Below, one piece after another: positions 35,525-48,059 of a DNA stretch of 64,000 nucleotides. The stretch's first letter is position 1; the number at the start of each line of letters is the position of its first letter. Below the pieces are notes generated by a model. That model ran no database searches and was not told the DNA's origin. It was given only the letters and a program-made list of their open reading frames with translations. This DNA comes from Asterionella formosa (lineage: Eukaryota). Location: positions 1 through 64,000 of the forward strand of contig NKIB01012647.1 in assembly GCA_002256025.1 (NCBI GenBank), read 5' to 3'. A program made the position numbers and the translations under genes.

Positions 35525-36453
35525 TATGAAACAACGAGAGAAAGAAGCAACCACAGTGTAATAATAACGAGATGCTGAGCCGAAGGAGTGCAGCCATCAG
35601 AATAAAAGCCAAACCGCAAGCAATTTATATCCTCAGCAGCTTATAAATTTATCATGTATGATACAGTTAGTTCCGTTTAAACTGCGGACCAAGGCTACTA
35701 CCGGTACATTTATACATATATCCCGGCTATATATATACCGGTAGTTTCTTGTCGTCGTTCCGGGAGGGACTGGTTTGAAATATACATAGAATAGACATAC
35801 CCGTATAGCTGTACATCTATTCATACACAGGCATCAACATAAGGGTTAATGTGAAATACAGTACATATTTTTACTGATCAAATGTGAACCGTATGTAGTA
35901 GCGGTATGTGTACGTGGTAAAATATCATACGTGGCTCCTGTTGTTCACTACAAGTGGCATATTGCTTCTTGGTGCTTCGTACGACAACTTTTACTCGTGC
36001 CTCCTCCTGGGTCGCTTGGTCCTGGCGAAACAAATCCTACGTATGTATGTACACACCACTGGAACAGTATTTGGTTTAAAATGCATACCACGTACAGCTT
36101 TGCTTTTGAGTACCGATATGTATACCGGTATTTGTATATACCTATATCCACAAACATGAGGATTTCAAGTATACCGGTAATCCAGTGCTTCTTTCTCTTG
36201 GACAACAGCAATGTATACAGCAACACATTCGAGTCATGTTGCTGCTAATATCTCGTCATCATGCATGTTTGCCCAACACTTAGCAACGAGTACCTGATGA
36301 AAGAATAAGTCCACAATTGCCACGAGCATTTCTTTTTATGCATACACAGCTAGTTCCTCAATACAGGTTCTTTGTTGATGATGCGCACTGATGCATGCTG
36401 AGGAATTGTTCTGTTCAACCAAACATGATGACTACACATATGAAACAATACAC

Positions 36454-36672
36454 TAGGGTAATAGCTTAGTTGGTTAACTCACCTTGTTCCAAGGTGGCAG
36501 TTTCGATTCCTGCATTCTCCACCTGCTTTCTTTATGTAGTCCCTAGGGTTCTGGGGTGTGAGACAGAGAACAAGCAGGTCGAAGGCCCTCTGCTGGGGGA
36601 CCAAGTGCAACTTTACAACCTCCACAATGTTGAGTTCTTCAACAAAAGTGTACAAAAAATTTAATTAATATC
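36454..36672 (+). mobile_element. tRNA-derived SINE, family B, copy 2
   Basis: tRNA-like head at 36456-36521. Flanking direct repeat TATGAA(A/G)CAATACAC at 36439-36453 and 36673-36687. Confidence 0.78.
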
Positions 36673-36695
36673 TATGAAGCAATACACACTATCAA

Positions 36696-37023
36696 ATGAC
36701 ATTCTGTTTTATAGGCCATTTGTACTTCCCTAGTATTTCTCGGCAAGTATTCATTGTGCTACCTGCTGCTGACAAGACCTGTGCTTCCCTAGATTTGTTA
36801 GTGTAGGTGAATCCCCAACCACCTTTTGCGAAAGGTGGTCATTGTAGCCGAAGCTGCAGGGGGGAGGCAATCCACTATTTCTTCCACCCTTGGTAAGGCT
36901 ATGTGGGATGGGAAGGAGTGTGGAAGCCAAACCCAACAATTGCTTCTCAAAAATTGCAAGAATCAAACCACAAAACTTCCTCAGATCAAAGGTTATTTGC
37001 TTTACCAGTCAGCCATGCCCTTG
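36696..37023 (-). mobile_element. tRNA-derived SINE, family A, copy 2
   Basis: Minus-strand head GGGCATGGCTGACTGGTAAAGC...CCTTTGATCTGAGG...GGTTTGATTC, with the body shared with 12363 and 60077. Flanking direct repeat ATACA(CA/TT)CTATCAA at 36682-36695 and 37024-37037. Confidence 0.75.
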
Positions 37024-37717
37024 ATACATTCTATCAATCATACTGGTAGTTTATAAATTCAACCACACTACCAGCAGCAGCCTAGTGTTGTTACCAGGGT
37101 TACTAGGTAGTCTTGACTACCTATTACCTACCATACTGGTTAGGTAGTTGACAACAAAGCAGTAATAATAGTATATTAGCCTACAGGCAGACCCAAAAAT
37201 GTCATTGTCGCATTTTTCAGGGGGGAAAGTCTGATACATACCATTATTTCTACATTTTTGTTTAAAAGGAAGTGTAACTTGTAGTAAACTATTTAAACAG
37301 CATCAAAAGATATCGACAAAACCCAAAATATCAATGTTTGTATCCTTTCATTCCTATTGTCTACTGGGATGGGATGTGAATTACTTTGGGGTATATTGGT
37401 TGCACAGTCACAAAGAAGAGTTTACAGGACTCTGATCCCTTAATATGTATAGTGCGTTATATGGCCTCCTGTGCATCATCAGATTCATTCGACGGACCAA
37501 CCCAGCCTCGCCTACATTTGCCACATCTGGTTAACCTGTTATGACACTTGGCCAGATGGCATTCCATATTTATTGGATTTGAAGGAGGAGACTACACAGG
37601 GGCAATTGTAACCATTTACGAGGAGGCCATTCAAGATTATTTGACTCTAAAGCCGATGCAAAAAGTTAGCTATTTTTGAATTAACTGTTCAAACACTAGA
37701 TGGAAGTTGTCGATCCT

Positions 37718-38581
37718 CTAGATATTCAAAAGTACGCTGCAACATGTCAAAGCTCCATCACACTTGGCCATTTCGGCTGCATTAACCCATTTGATGTTGA
37801 TTCCTTTTCTTAGACATGACTCCTCTAGAATTTCCCTTGATGACAAGCAGCCACCATCCTGAGCAAGGACAGCACCATTAATAGAAACAACGTTACAGGC
37901 CAACATGTTGGGCAACCGAACAGCCTGATACCTGCTTCCTAGTTGTTTTAGAATGGCATCTCCTAAAGGTCCCTCAGGGGCCAGAATGGTTTCTTCGTCC
38001 AACTGGCTAACTATTGATTTCAAATGCAGTGCGGGGCAGTCATTGGGCATAAACACTGCGACAACTTCTACACCACAAAAGCTCTGTGCCAGCATTTTGA
38101 CACCGTCCTCATTTGTCCTCTCAGAAAGGCCCACAAAAAGGTGTTGCCCTGTAAACATGACATCTCCACCATCACACGTGGCCGTTGGTGAATTGATTCT
38201 CATATCTAAAACGTCCATGCCTAGTTCCAAACACACCCGTCTTACAGAATCCACTTCACCACGTCGCGAAGAATGCCCTGGTTGGGTCACCACAGCAATA
38301 TTTCCTATTGCCACTACAGTATCTTCCACAAAACAACAGTCAGGGTGATCGGGAAGGAAGGGGAGGAGCAAAGTTGGGACGAATTCTCGTAACGTGTCGA
38401 TGTAGTCGCTGTGTTGTTGATGTGCGGCTTCATAAGAAATGGGTGGCTTTTCAGAAGACATGGACAACGCGTCAATCAACGATGGGGCGACACTTCTAGC
38501 AATGGCCATGGAGTAGCACCTTGCTTGCGTTTGTCTTATTCTTGCGATCGTTGCGCGAGCAGCAGTGGTGGCAAGGAACAT
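37718..38581 (-). CDS. DDAH: NG,NG-dimethylarginine dimethylaminohydrolase (amidinotransferase fold), probable mitochondrial presequence
   Basis: PDCCFVEDT, SRRGEV, CDGGDV, GLSERTN, LHLKS and DGALTCCSVL motifs. ATG 38581 gives MFLATTAARATIARIRQTQARCYS. Confidence 0.9.
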   Translation of the reverse strand: MFLATTAARATIARIRQTQARCYSMAIARSVAPSLIDALSMSSEKPPISYEAAHQQHSDYIDTLREFVPTLLLPFLPDHPDCCFVEDTVVAIGNIAVVTQPGHSSRRGEVDSVRRVCLELGMDVLDMRINSPTATCDGGDVMFTGQHLFVGLSERTNEDGVKMLAQSFCGVEVVAVFMPNDCPALHLKSIVSQLDEETILAPEGPLGDAILKQLGSRYQAVRLPNMLACNVVSINGAVLAQDGGCLSSREILEESCLRKGINIKWVNAAEMAKCDGALTCCSVLLNI

Positions 38582-38835
38582 CGTCAAAGTCCGCACATCG
38601 AGGGGACAGGTTGTTTTAAATTGTTGCTGGTCATCAAAAAATTGATGTCACTTTGTTATGCATTTGCTTCCTTTTTTAAGTTTCGACTGTGAGCGGAGAC
38701 TGCAAGCGAGTAACCCGGCATTACGAGAAGGTCTACCTGCGGCGAGGGCCTCCCAATACTCGCAGACAGACTCCTCCCGAGTACATAGTGGTGCGTAAGC
38801 TCTTAATTAACTAGATACCGGCATACCGGTATGTA

Positions 38836-40722
38836 GGCAATTCCCGCTCCAGATTTATATCGCCTTGCCATTCGGGTAATTCTAAGTAATTTTTGGGCGT
38901 TATGTAATTCTAATTTAGGGGCAATATAGGGCATATCGAATTTTTCGGCATTAAAATTGCCGATTTTTAGCTTGACAACCAGGATAATGGTAATATGCAT
39001 GGAGATGGTACAACAAGCGTAAAACACAAGAGAATGATTGTAACAACATGCAAAATCAATGAAAATTGAACATGATGTTTGGAGCAACCAAAGTACTATG
39101 AAATGCAATGTAATAAGTTGCATCAAATAAGAAATAGAAAAAATTGTTTTGGGATAGAAATGAAGTAAAAAATAGGAGTTTCAATGGAGACGTATGCATT
39201 GTGAATCATTGTAGTACTTACACAGGCAACATTGACTTTCCATGACCACACAATCGAAGACCGAAAGAAGAACAAAAAAAGCTGAACCCAATATAGACTT
39301 GCATCGTTATGTAGCGTAAATGGTCTGGTTGCTGCAACCATGTGCATCGCTGTGGCCCATAGTAGTAGCCTGACACCAGTAGCAGTATTTCCGCCACAGT
39401 CATCATTCCTCCGCCCACCAAACAAGCAATCCTGATCATTCCATTCTGAGCAAGCGTGATCGCCACGCTGCTCCAGCACTATTGACTCTCTCTAGCTGAG
39501 TATTTATGTAGCTTGTGATACGAACTCGTAGTAGAAATGTAGCAAAGTGCGTTAGTACAAGAAAAGCATTGCTTGGCGGCAATATTGACATCATGGTAAA
39601 AGACTATACACATCAACAAATACGATCAACAACAATATGTCGTCAAAGAGTAGTCATCGATAAATACATTGGTTAGTATGTAGATAGATACAATCGAAAC
39701 AAAACGACAGTGCCGTGCGGAACGACAAACGACGATGGAAGCGATCAAAACGGGCCATGGAAGCAATCAAATCGGAACTTCGACAATTTTGTATCTACGA
39801 TCACATTCAGTGTTTCACTGTTGTACTCACCGATCCGCTCTAACAAGCGTAACACACAGCAGACTATGGGCTCATAAGAAAGTCGAAAGTTCCTGTGCAT
39901 TGCAAGCCCGAATAGAGCAACGGCAGGCAGGATAGAGTGAGAATTATAATTGTGAGGACGAAATCGGGCATTCGGTACGAAAAATCAATCAATATGTGAA
40001 CAATACAATTTACCATTCTGGCTGGTCTCGTAAAGATACCGAGTCTACAGAGATAACATTATAATGTGCTCAAAGTAAGCGTTAAGTTTTAGCTTAAACC
40101 ATGCATGGTTGTTTTGAGTACCACGTCCGTATGTAGGCTAGATGACTATCAGTAGAATATCCGTTAAGCATCATCACATGCATGACCGGAGCAAAACTTG
40201 CCACCAACATCAGATGTATCGATATCATTGTTCATCCAACGAAATATGGACGATGCGACTACATGAATCCCTCGAGAAGACAAGCAATCCAACAACCAAC
40301 CGCATCCGTTAGACAACGAATCGCTACTGGCGTCATCACTGAACTGATTTCGCTTCAAACCGGTAATGATGGACGACAATCGGCATGGTGAAAGGTGAAT
40401 TGCCGGAGTCCACTTTTCATCTGTAGAGTATATAAAATGGTTTCCTTAAGTAGACCCCTTGCCAATTTCGACAATCCCAGGGCTGGACAACCGAGGGGCA
40501 ATTGGCGTCTGTTATCTTGCCAAAATGCGAAGATAGGAAATATACAAAATATATTTTAATGATGGGCAATATCGGACCCATTGCAAATTTCGATGTGAAG
40601 ATAGGAAATATACGAAATATATTTTATATGATGGGCTATAGTGAGCTAAAATTGACATTTACACTTGATGAGTGGGCAGTAGGTAAGCGAATGGCGCGAC
40701 GATAGCTAGTTTGTGGATTGCC
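38836..40722. mobile_element. Non-autonomous TIR element, 'GGCAAT' family (1.9 kb)
   Basis: Left end GGCAATTCCCGCTCCAG...ATCGCCTTGCCATT and right end AATGGCGCGACGATAGCTAG...GGATTGCC. Both ends are shared with 6176-6580. A further partial left arm follows at about 40817-41015. Confidence 0.75.
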
Positions 40723-43083
40723 TCAGCAATACCCTTCTCGGTGGCTACATGCCTTCTCGTACACATGTGTAGTCGGCCGGGATGGCACTCGTAGGGTGAC
40801 CTTCTCGCAGCGCCGGATCGCCTTGCCATTTGGTTAATTCTAAGTAATTTTTGGGCGTTATGTAGCTCTTTTTTCGGGGCAATATGAGGCACAATAATTT
40901 TTCGGCAATACAATTACAGAGTTTAGCATGACAGCCAGAATAATGGCAACAAATATAGAAATACATATTTTGAGTCTGTGACAGAAAAACAAGCATCAAA
41001 CACAAGAGGATGATTGTTGTCTTTTCCAGTTTTGCTTTTGTAGTTGAGAGTGTGATGACTTTTGTATTTCGTATTCAGTGCTGCTAGTAGAACAAGAGTT
41101 GAATGGTAGGGTTTAGCTCCTTACTACACCAGCAGTTAATTTGTTCAGCCTCCCTTTGTTCTCAAGACTCGCCAGTTTATATAAGATTTTTGTTTGCTTA
41201 GCTCATTTGTAATAAAGACAATATGCAATATCTGAATTCAATACCTATATAGTAGTCCCGAAATTCTACCAAGGTAGTATTTTCTCGTAGGCCTTGGTAG
41301 TCTTCTACTGAGGACAGAAAGTACCTCTTAGGTATTGGCAAATCTTTACGTGGTCAGTATGATGAGGTATGTAACAGCTCAAAATTCTACCGTGTAGAAT
41401 TTGTTATCTCGTTTTGGTAGTACATTCTACCAATCATAATAACTAGGTTAGGGTTAACATTGATATTTTCAAGAATATATAATGCCAGCAAGGAAGAGGA
41501 GAGCAATGCCTGTATATGTTCTATCTACCGATAATTTCGGTAGTCCATACCGTAATTACTTCATTCTTAAAGTTCCTTTAACCCGTCTCAACTGTAATAA
41601 TCACTGTTAATGATACTCGCTGCTATTCTATACAAGGATGCATGGACGCGAGATTGACACATGAGGATGATGGACTTTCGAATGGTAAGGCAAAAGATGG
41701 CAACACAGTATGCCCTGCTCGCTCACACCTGATCCCATCGAACACAACACAGCAACAATCCTGCGGATTCAACAGCACATGGTACATCCGTCACGTGGAA
41801 GCATCGCCCTCCAAGCACTGCAAAATGCCGTCACGAACCGAAGGTCGGTCGCTTCCGTTGCATTTCAGGCTATGTACCAAACCGTTCACACCGCGGTCCA
41901 GCTGCCGCAAAACATGGCTGATTCTGGGATTCAAGACAAGTTGAGGACGGATCTGTTGCTGGGAGTGGAAGTCAATCAAACAGAATGTGGGACCGAAAGG
42001 ATAGAGCCTGAACTCAAAGTGGTTGTTGCGTGAATTCAACAGGCTGTCACACTTTCTTGAGCATCGTCTTGAGCCTTCATATACACCAAAACTATTTGAA
42101 CTGTTTTACTCAGTCTGAAATTGTGACGACTTTTGGAAGAATTTGGTGCTCGTGGGTGGTTCACTTGGAGCAGTTTTATTGGTCTTTGCTGCACTTAACA
42201 ATGCTTTTTTACTTCACTTCAAGATTGGCGATTGGAATCTTCTAGCTATGCTCCCAGATCCAAAGATTCACCCCTGATACACTCACAACATCATTGCCAA
42301 GGTTGAAAACTGCCTTGCTTTCGCAGTTTGTAGTTCATATCCATTTCTCTCCTGATATTTGGAATGGGTGTGGTTGGGGAAAAGTGTACATAACCATGTA
42401 CCATGCAAAAAACTATTTGCTTGTCCATGAAGGTTTAGTGGTGATGGCGTTCCTCCAGTTGTGGTGGTTCCAATGGACATGACAGCACCATCTACAGTTG
42501 GAAGTAGTGTGAATGTTGAGGGGCAAATTCAACAATTAACAAGCAGGCAACGATTTGCAATTAGAGTTGGACCTCATTATGGTTCTGGCCTACAAGCAAC
42601 TGTATGTAATCCCAGCAAGGCTCCAACAAAGTCTCAAGGACTTTGTGAAGTTGGAATTGCAGAGAGAAAGTCAGTCAGGCTATGAACAAGGCTTGAGAGG
42701 GGGAGGAATAAATGATTTTATTATTGGGTAAGTTACAGAGCAGATTACCGGTAGTTTTGGTTAAAGTGCTCATACAATGATCAACAGAATATATGAGGCA
42801 TATTGTCAAGAACTTTCAGTGACCCACATTTTCAACAAAATGCTTATTGATTGATGCACTGGTGGAAATCCACAACTACGTGTTTAGTTTTTTACTACCA
42901 CATTAACCAGCATGCACATTATTACATTCTCATTGTTTCCATTTAATGTTATTCATTTAATATGATTTGATTTACCGATGTGTTAATATGTATTGTAGGA
43001 GTACCATAGTGGGCGCGCTCTGATAATAAAAAATTATTATATCATATGTATTATAACACAAATCGTTATACCCATAACACCAA

Positions 43084-43170
43084 AATTTGTGTTTGTGTTG
43101 ACCAAATTTGGTAAACCTGGCAAGCACCTCCTACCAGGTTTACCAAATTTGGTCAACACAAACACAAATT
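43084..43170. repeat. Perfect 37-bp-arm hairpin inside the left end of the PHIS element
   Basis: AATTTGTGTTTGTGTTGACCAAATTTGGTAAACCTGG, a 13-nt loop, then CCAGGTTTACCAAATTTGGTCAACACAAACACAAATT. Confidence 0.95.
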
Positions 43171-43379
43171 CTTTACAGTTATAAATAACAGTGCATTATA
43201 TAAAAAGATGTTTAGACATGAATGACTATATAGAATTTCCCGGAAAATTTCAAGACTTGCTTGCTCATACTCAAAATGGCTTGCTCTTGCCAAAATAGGT
43301 ATGCATATACATATGCATATAGTTACATATCAATCAACCTCCTCAATAAATCGATCGTCATCGCTTTTAGATTTCGGTC

Positions 43380-44586
43380 ATGTCTTCATCTTCTTCTGGT
43401 CAAAGGAGAGCAGCCAGGGAGGGCTTCCCTTCCTCTCCAAGGCTGCTTGAACGTCGCCGTCACCAGCAACAAGAACAACAACAGACTCGACCAGAAGAAG
43501 AGGAGGAGGAGGACGACGCCGAGAATGAAGATGACACTGGTGCTGATGAGTTTGCCAGTGACGATGAGGACAGTAGGATAGGTGTCCCAGGTGTTTCTCA
43601 GATTGGTGTTTCTTGGGTTACTCAGTCCTCATCAAGGAACAACAACGAGTTTACAAGTGCTCCTACTAGTTCAGTTTCAAGAACAGCAACTGCCAGGCGA
43701 GCACCAACGTTTCCAAGAGCTCGCCGAAGCATGCAGAGTCGGGGTCAACAGTTCAGGATCAATGAGATTCTCTCATTGCTGGAAGCCATTTCTACTCACC
43801 TGCCAATTGGGTCCCATGAATGGGAAGTTGTTGCATCACAGCACAACGAGAATTTCCCAGACAAAGAACGGACAGGACCTTCACTTCACCGAAAGTTTAC
43901 ACAGCTGCACAAAGTTAAGAAACCAACTGGGGACCCAACATGCCCTGCTGAGGTGAGATATGCCAAACAAATTTTTCGAAGAATCGAGCAACGAGCAGAT
44001 GCAAGTGCTGAGATTGAATCCACTGATCTTGGAATAGAGAAAGAGCCCAATGAGCCCAATATTGATGAGCCAAATGTTGATGATGATTTTATAGCGATTT
44101 CTGAGGAGAGTGAAGACAATGGTGGAGCAACATCTGCCGCTTATGCTAATTTTTCTGGTTCAAGATTTCCTCGACCTATGGTGCGTGTCCCCTCGATTTA
44201 GAGATAAGGCAGTGTCAAAAAATACTGGGCCTGTTGAGAAAGTGCTTTCTCTTCTTTCGACACAGTTGCTTCACAAGGCTACTCGAACTGATACTGGTAA
44301 CCTGCAGCAGCAACAGAACATGATGAACATGATGATGATGTCAATCATGGCATCATTGTTGAATCATGGGGTATCTCAAACAACCACCTCCACTGACAGT
44401 GCCAATCCCACTCAGGCAATTATGAATTCAATTATTGCTTCAAACATGATTTCAATGCAGCAAACAATGCAAAGCCAAAATCTAACCTCAACAGCAGGTG
44501 CCAATGCACAACAAACTTTGTCTGCCTCAACTCAATGTCAAACACCAAAAAACAACAGTGGTAGCAGTAGTAGTGATGATGAATAA
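43380..44586 (+). pseudogene. Myb/SANT-like accessory ORF of the PHIS element, frameshifted near 44185
   Basis: FRINEILSLLEAISTHLPIGSHEWEVVASQHNENFPDKERTGPSLHRKFTQLHKVKKPTGDPTCP resembles a trihelix/Myb-like domain. The C-terminal part continues in another frame to 44586. Confidence 0.7.
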
Positions 44587-44660
44587 CCTTAAATTAATTC
44601 ATTCTAATATAATGTGAAAGAAGCGGTGCTAAATAATCATGAAGGAATAATTTCTTTGAA

Positions 44661-45834
44661 TTACATGGCATATCTATTTGCATTCCTATGCAAATAGGGC
44701 ATATACACTGAAGCAATTTGGTTCTGACCAACTTTGCTAGCACGAAAGTTGTAGAGCAATACAATCATTTGGAGAATTAATTTTCTCTCACCTTTTTCTT
44801 CATAACGAAATTTGTCTTTGATTCTCGGAAATGATCCCTGAAGGCATCGCATTCCCCATTCCGACAGCTGTCGGATGGAGGTGGCTTGGCGATTCATACC
44901 AAATCTTTGTCAAGGATTACCATTTGCATCAACATTGTTTTGATGCGATTTCAACATTGCATTTGATTTTTTAGATGCAAATGCTGAATCCACAACTACT
45001 TTCTTGCCTGTATCCCTGTAAACTGTTTCAATCTGATCATAGATTGATGACCAAATTGCCATGGTGGAGTCATGTAGAACACCAGGTGCATTGAAATATG
45101 AGCAGCAAATTTTTCCATCAGGCGAAAAAAGAAACAAGTTTGTCACATAGTGTTCATGGGTCCATCCATTGTAGAAGTTGTTCTGCTGCGTTACATTTCC
45201 AGCCTGTTGCAGGGTCAGTTTCAGACAATCCATTGCTCCCCAACAATTTGTTATAAGCGGGTATTTCTGATTGATCATGGTTGCAAACAAGGTGGCTTCG
45301 TCTGCAGTAGGCAGTCTCACTTTACAATCATTCGCCTTGAAAACCTCAACCAAACACTCAAAGAACCATGCTGAGTGAATCCGAAAATAATCTGAAGAAT
45401 CATTTAGGAACCACGAGTCCTAGTCCATGCTAACCCAAGCGCTAGACAACTGATGGAACAGAGGTATCTTTGCCGACCTTTCTTTGTTGTTGAATTTCTA
45501 ACAATGAAATCCGTATTTTTCCTACAGGGAGTAAAGGAATAAAAACAAGGTTTGAACAGCTGGTGTAGGAGCTCGAAAGAAGCATGGTCAAACCCACACA
45601 AGGTAATCAGAGCATCATCATGCCTGCTGTTGAACATAGTCCAGAATGGACTCGATAATGGATGCTGTAGTGCGTGGTGACGTATTTTGCCACTTCTTCT
45701 TCTGACCTCATCAACAGTCAAACTTTCCCTGAACGATGGCGTCCTATTAATTGGTGGATAGCACATTGCTAACAGTAGCAATGTGATCATAATGTCATCA
45801 TCATCACCATCAGGAGATGAGATGAAAGTCGACA
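44661..45834 (-). pseudogene. DDE transposase of the PHIS element (2 stops, 1 frameshift)
   Basis: CWGAMDCLK, FYNGWTHEHYVTNLFLFSPDG, APGVLHDS, VVVDSAF and RQLSEWGMRCLQGSFPRIK motifs. Stops at 45404 and 44910, frameshift near 45320. Confidence 0.85.
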
Positions 45835-46601
45835 TGGTCAGTGACCAAGATGATGAATATATAGAACTCATGCATAAAATGAACAAGAGGCGGCATACTA
45901 GCATACAAGAGGATGCATCGATATGAAAATTTAACTGTTGAAAACTAAAGTTAAAAATATATATAATGTCAGAGAAGTAATCTAAAATATCTCTATTATC
46001 AGAGCGCAAGGACGATATTATGTAGCAGATCACCAGAATAATTTGTGTTATAATACACACATGATATAATAATTTTTTATTATCAGAGCGCGCCCAGTAT
46101 GATAGCCGACACAAAATTAATGATCACTGTACATACCGGTATACCTGTACATATATTGAATTGCACGACGAAGTACCTGGTACGTGGTACCTGTAATGAG
46201 TAAAGGTACCTGGTACCAGGTACAGCAACTGGTACTGATGGTCATGCTGATGAGCGATATGCAAACATTCATGATCAGGTACTGGCTTTGTACACGGTGC
46301 TAGCAAATTACTAGTGCACTAGCTTCCACTACGGGTAGCATTCTCTGTCGAATAAAAAGTGAATACCTATATTGTAAGAAGTTTACCAGTACCTGGTGAG
46401 CAATCCTGCACATCGATACAGATGTATATAGGGTTAGGGTTATATCGAATATATCGGAGCTCAATAATGAGAGAACTCGACTAACACCTATTCTATACTT
46501 TGATGTCATTTCAGGAAATGAGTTGTACATAAGGATTAATAAATAAGCTCATATATTCAACAAATACTGCTACTTCTAGTTAGATACTTCACCTGGTGGT
46601 A

Positions 46602-47433
46602 CTCCCTCTGGGCGAAAATAATTGCGTCAATTTGCAGCAACTGCAGTGCCCGAGCAGCTTATTTTTAGGACAGATTACATGGGAAACGTACCATTTTTCT
46701 TTGTTATGATTGGTTTACTTGGAAAAAACCTTTTTAATAGAATAGATATATAGACATGAATATATAAATTCGCACTCACTAACTAAATTATTAGCATCTA
46801 AATTAATTAATCAAAACCAATTTAACATTCATATATTTTGATAGTATATATGTACATATCGCCAAATGCTGTTTTACTTCGGCTGGCCACTCGAATATTT
46901 GCGGAAGATGGAATACAACATGTCACTATCCTGATTAGAACATGAATGAAGTGACTGTCATTCAGTATATAATCTATGGATGGTATATTTACATTTACCA
47001 TACCGTTGGATTTTTAACACTTCCAATACTCAAAATGAGCATACATTCATTTCTTCCTTCCCATCATCACCAGCACTTTCGCGGTTGCGCATTCCATAAT
47101 CAAAGGCAACTTACCGGTGTTCTACTGTTATAACCTCCTTCATAAGTATGTTGAGAATGGATGGTTCGAAGAAAAACGGGTCCTCACGGCATTTTTATTT
47201 TGCTCAAGATGGCCATAAGTGAAAATCGAAAAAGCCCAAACATATTTTTTGAAACCAACATACTACTAGTTGCCAATTTTAAATTAACAACCTATATACC
47301 GGTATTATACATGGATCTGTAGCTGTGTGTATGGCACACATTAGGGCAAATAAGCCGGAGAAAATTGTATGAGTTAAGATGGCCCCAGAGAAATTTCAAG
47401 AATATTCGTGCAATTGCTTTCGCCCAGAGGGAG
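46602..47433. mobile_element. Stowaway-like Tc1/mariner MITE, copy 2
   Basis: TA|CTCCCTCTGGGCGAAAATAATTGC...GCAATTGCTTTCGCCCAGAGGGAG|TA: CTCCCTC termini with a TA duplication. Confidence 0.88.
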
Positions 47434-48059
47434 TACCAGAGTCGTGTCTGGAGTAATTGATTAAATTGGAATGCACATAATATATCAGTACAAATACTAC
47501 AAAAAGCAGAAAGTGCAGTTTATGATGATAGTCCCCCAAATGAATTGTGAGCTTTCTGCCTTGAAACTTTGCATGATGGTTCTTCATCGGCTGATCGAGT
47601 CTTCCTTGACCTTCCCTTGCGTGTTTGCCTTTTGTTCGCTAGCCATCAGACCACATCTTTATTTTTCTGCTAGACAGATTTTGCACTGATGGTTGCTAAT
47701 TCGGTCTCAACCTGAATCATGATTTCAGTGCACACTTCGTGCGCATCCCTATTTCCTCGACTATAATAAGAAAAAACCCTTTATATGCACCTGAACATAT
47801 TTGTAATTTATCTATTTTATTTGAATAGTATTATCATGGTGATGCAGCCAAATGAGGATGAATTATGGTGAAAACTATTGGGAAGGTGCATCGCCAGCTA
47901 TTTATTGGGATGCCATTTGGATTCTGCCCGTCAAATTTTTCCTACATAATGTAGTTAAATATAACGCCATTTCCGACTGTGTGTTTGTCCTATTCGAAAT
48001 GATATGCACATCAGACTCTAGTTGTCAATCAAGCTTAGATTAAGCAATTGCAGGTTCTT

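Larger units (their letters stand above)
43011..46095. mobile_element. Complete PHIS-superfamily (Harbinger-related, Pangu-like) transposon
   Basis: TIR of about 50 bp, GGGCGCGCTCTGATAATAAAAAATTATTATATCAT..., and its reverse complement ending at 46095. AGT is duplicated at 43008-43010 and 46096-46098. Two convergent ORFs lie inside. Confidence 0.9.

Noticed and set aside
41640..42760. Non-LTR retrotransposon remnant that could mobilise the SINEs
   Set aside because: Looks like decayed coding DNA, but no reverse transcriptase, endonuclease or RNase H motif was recognisable.
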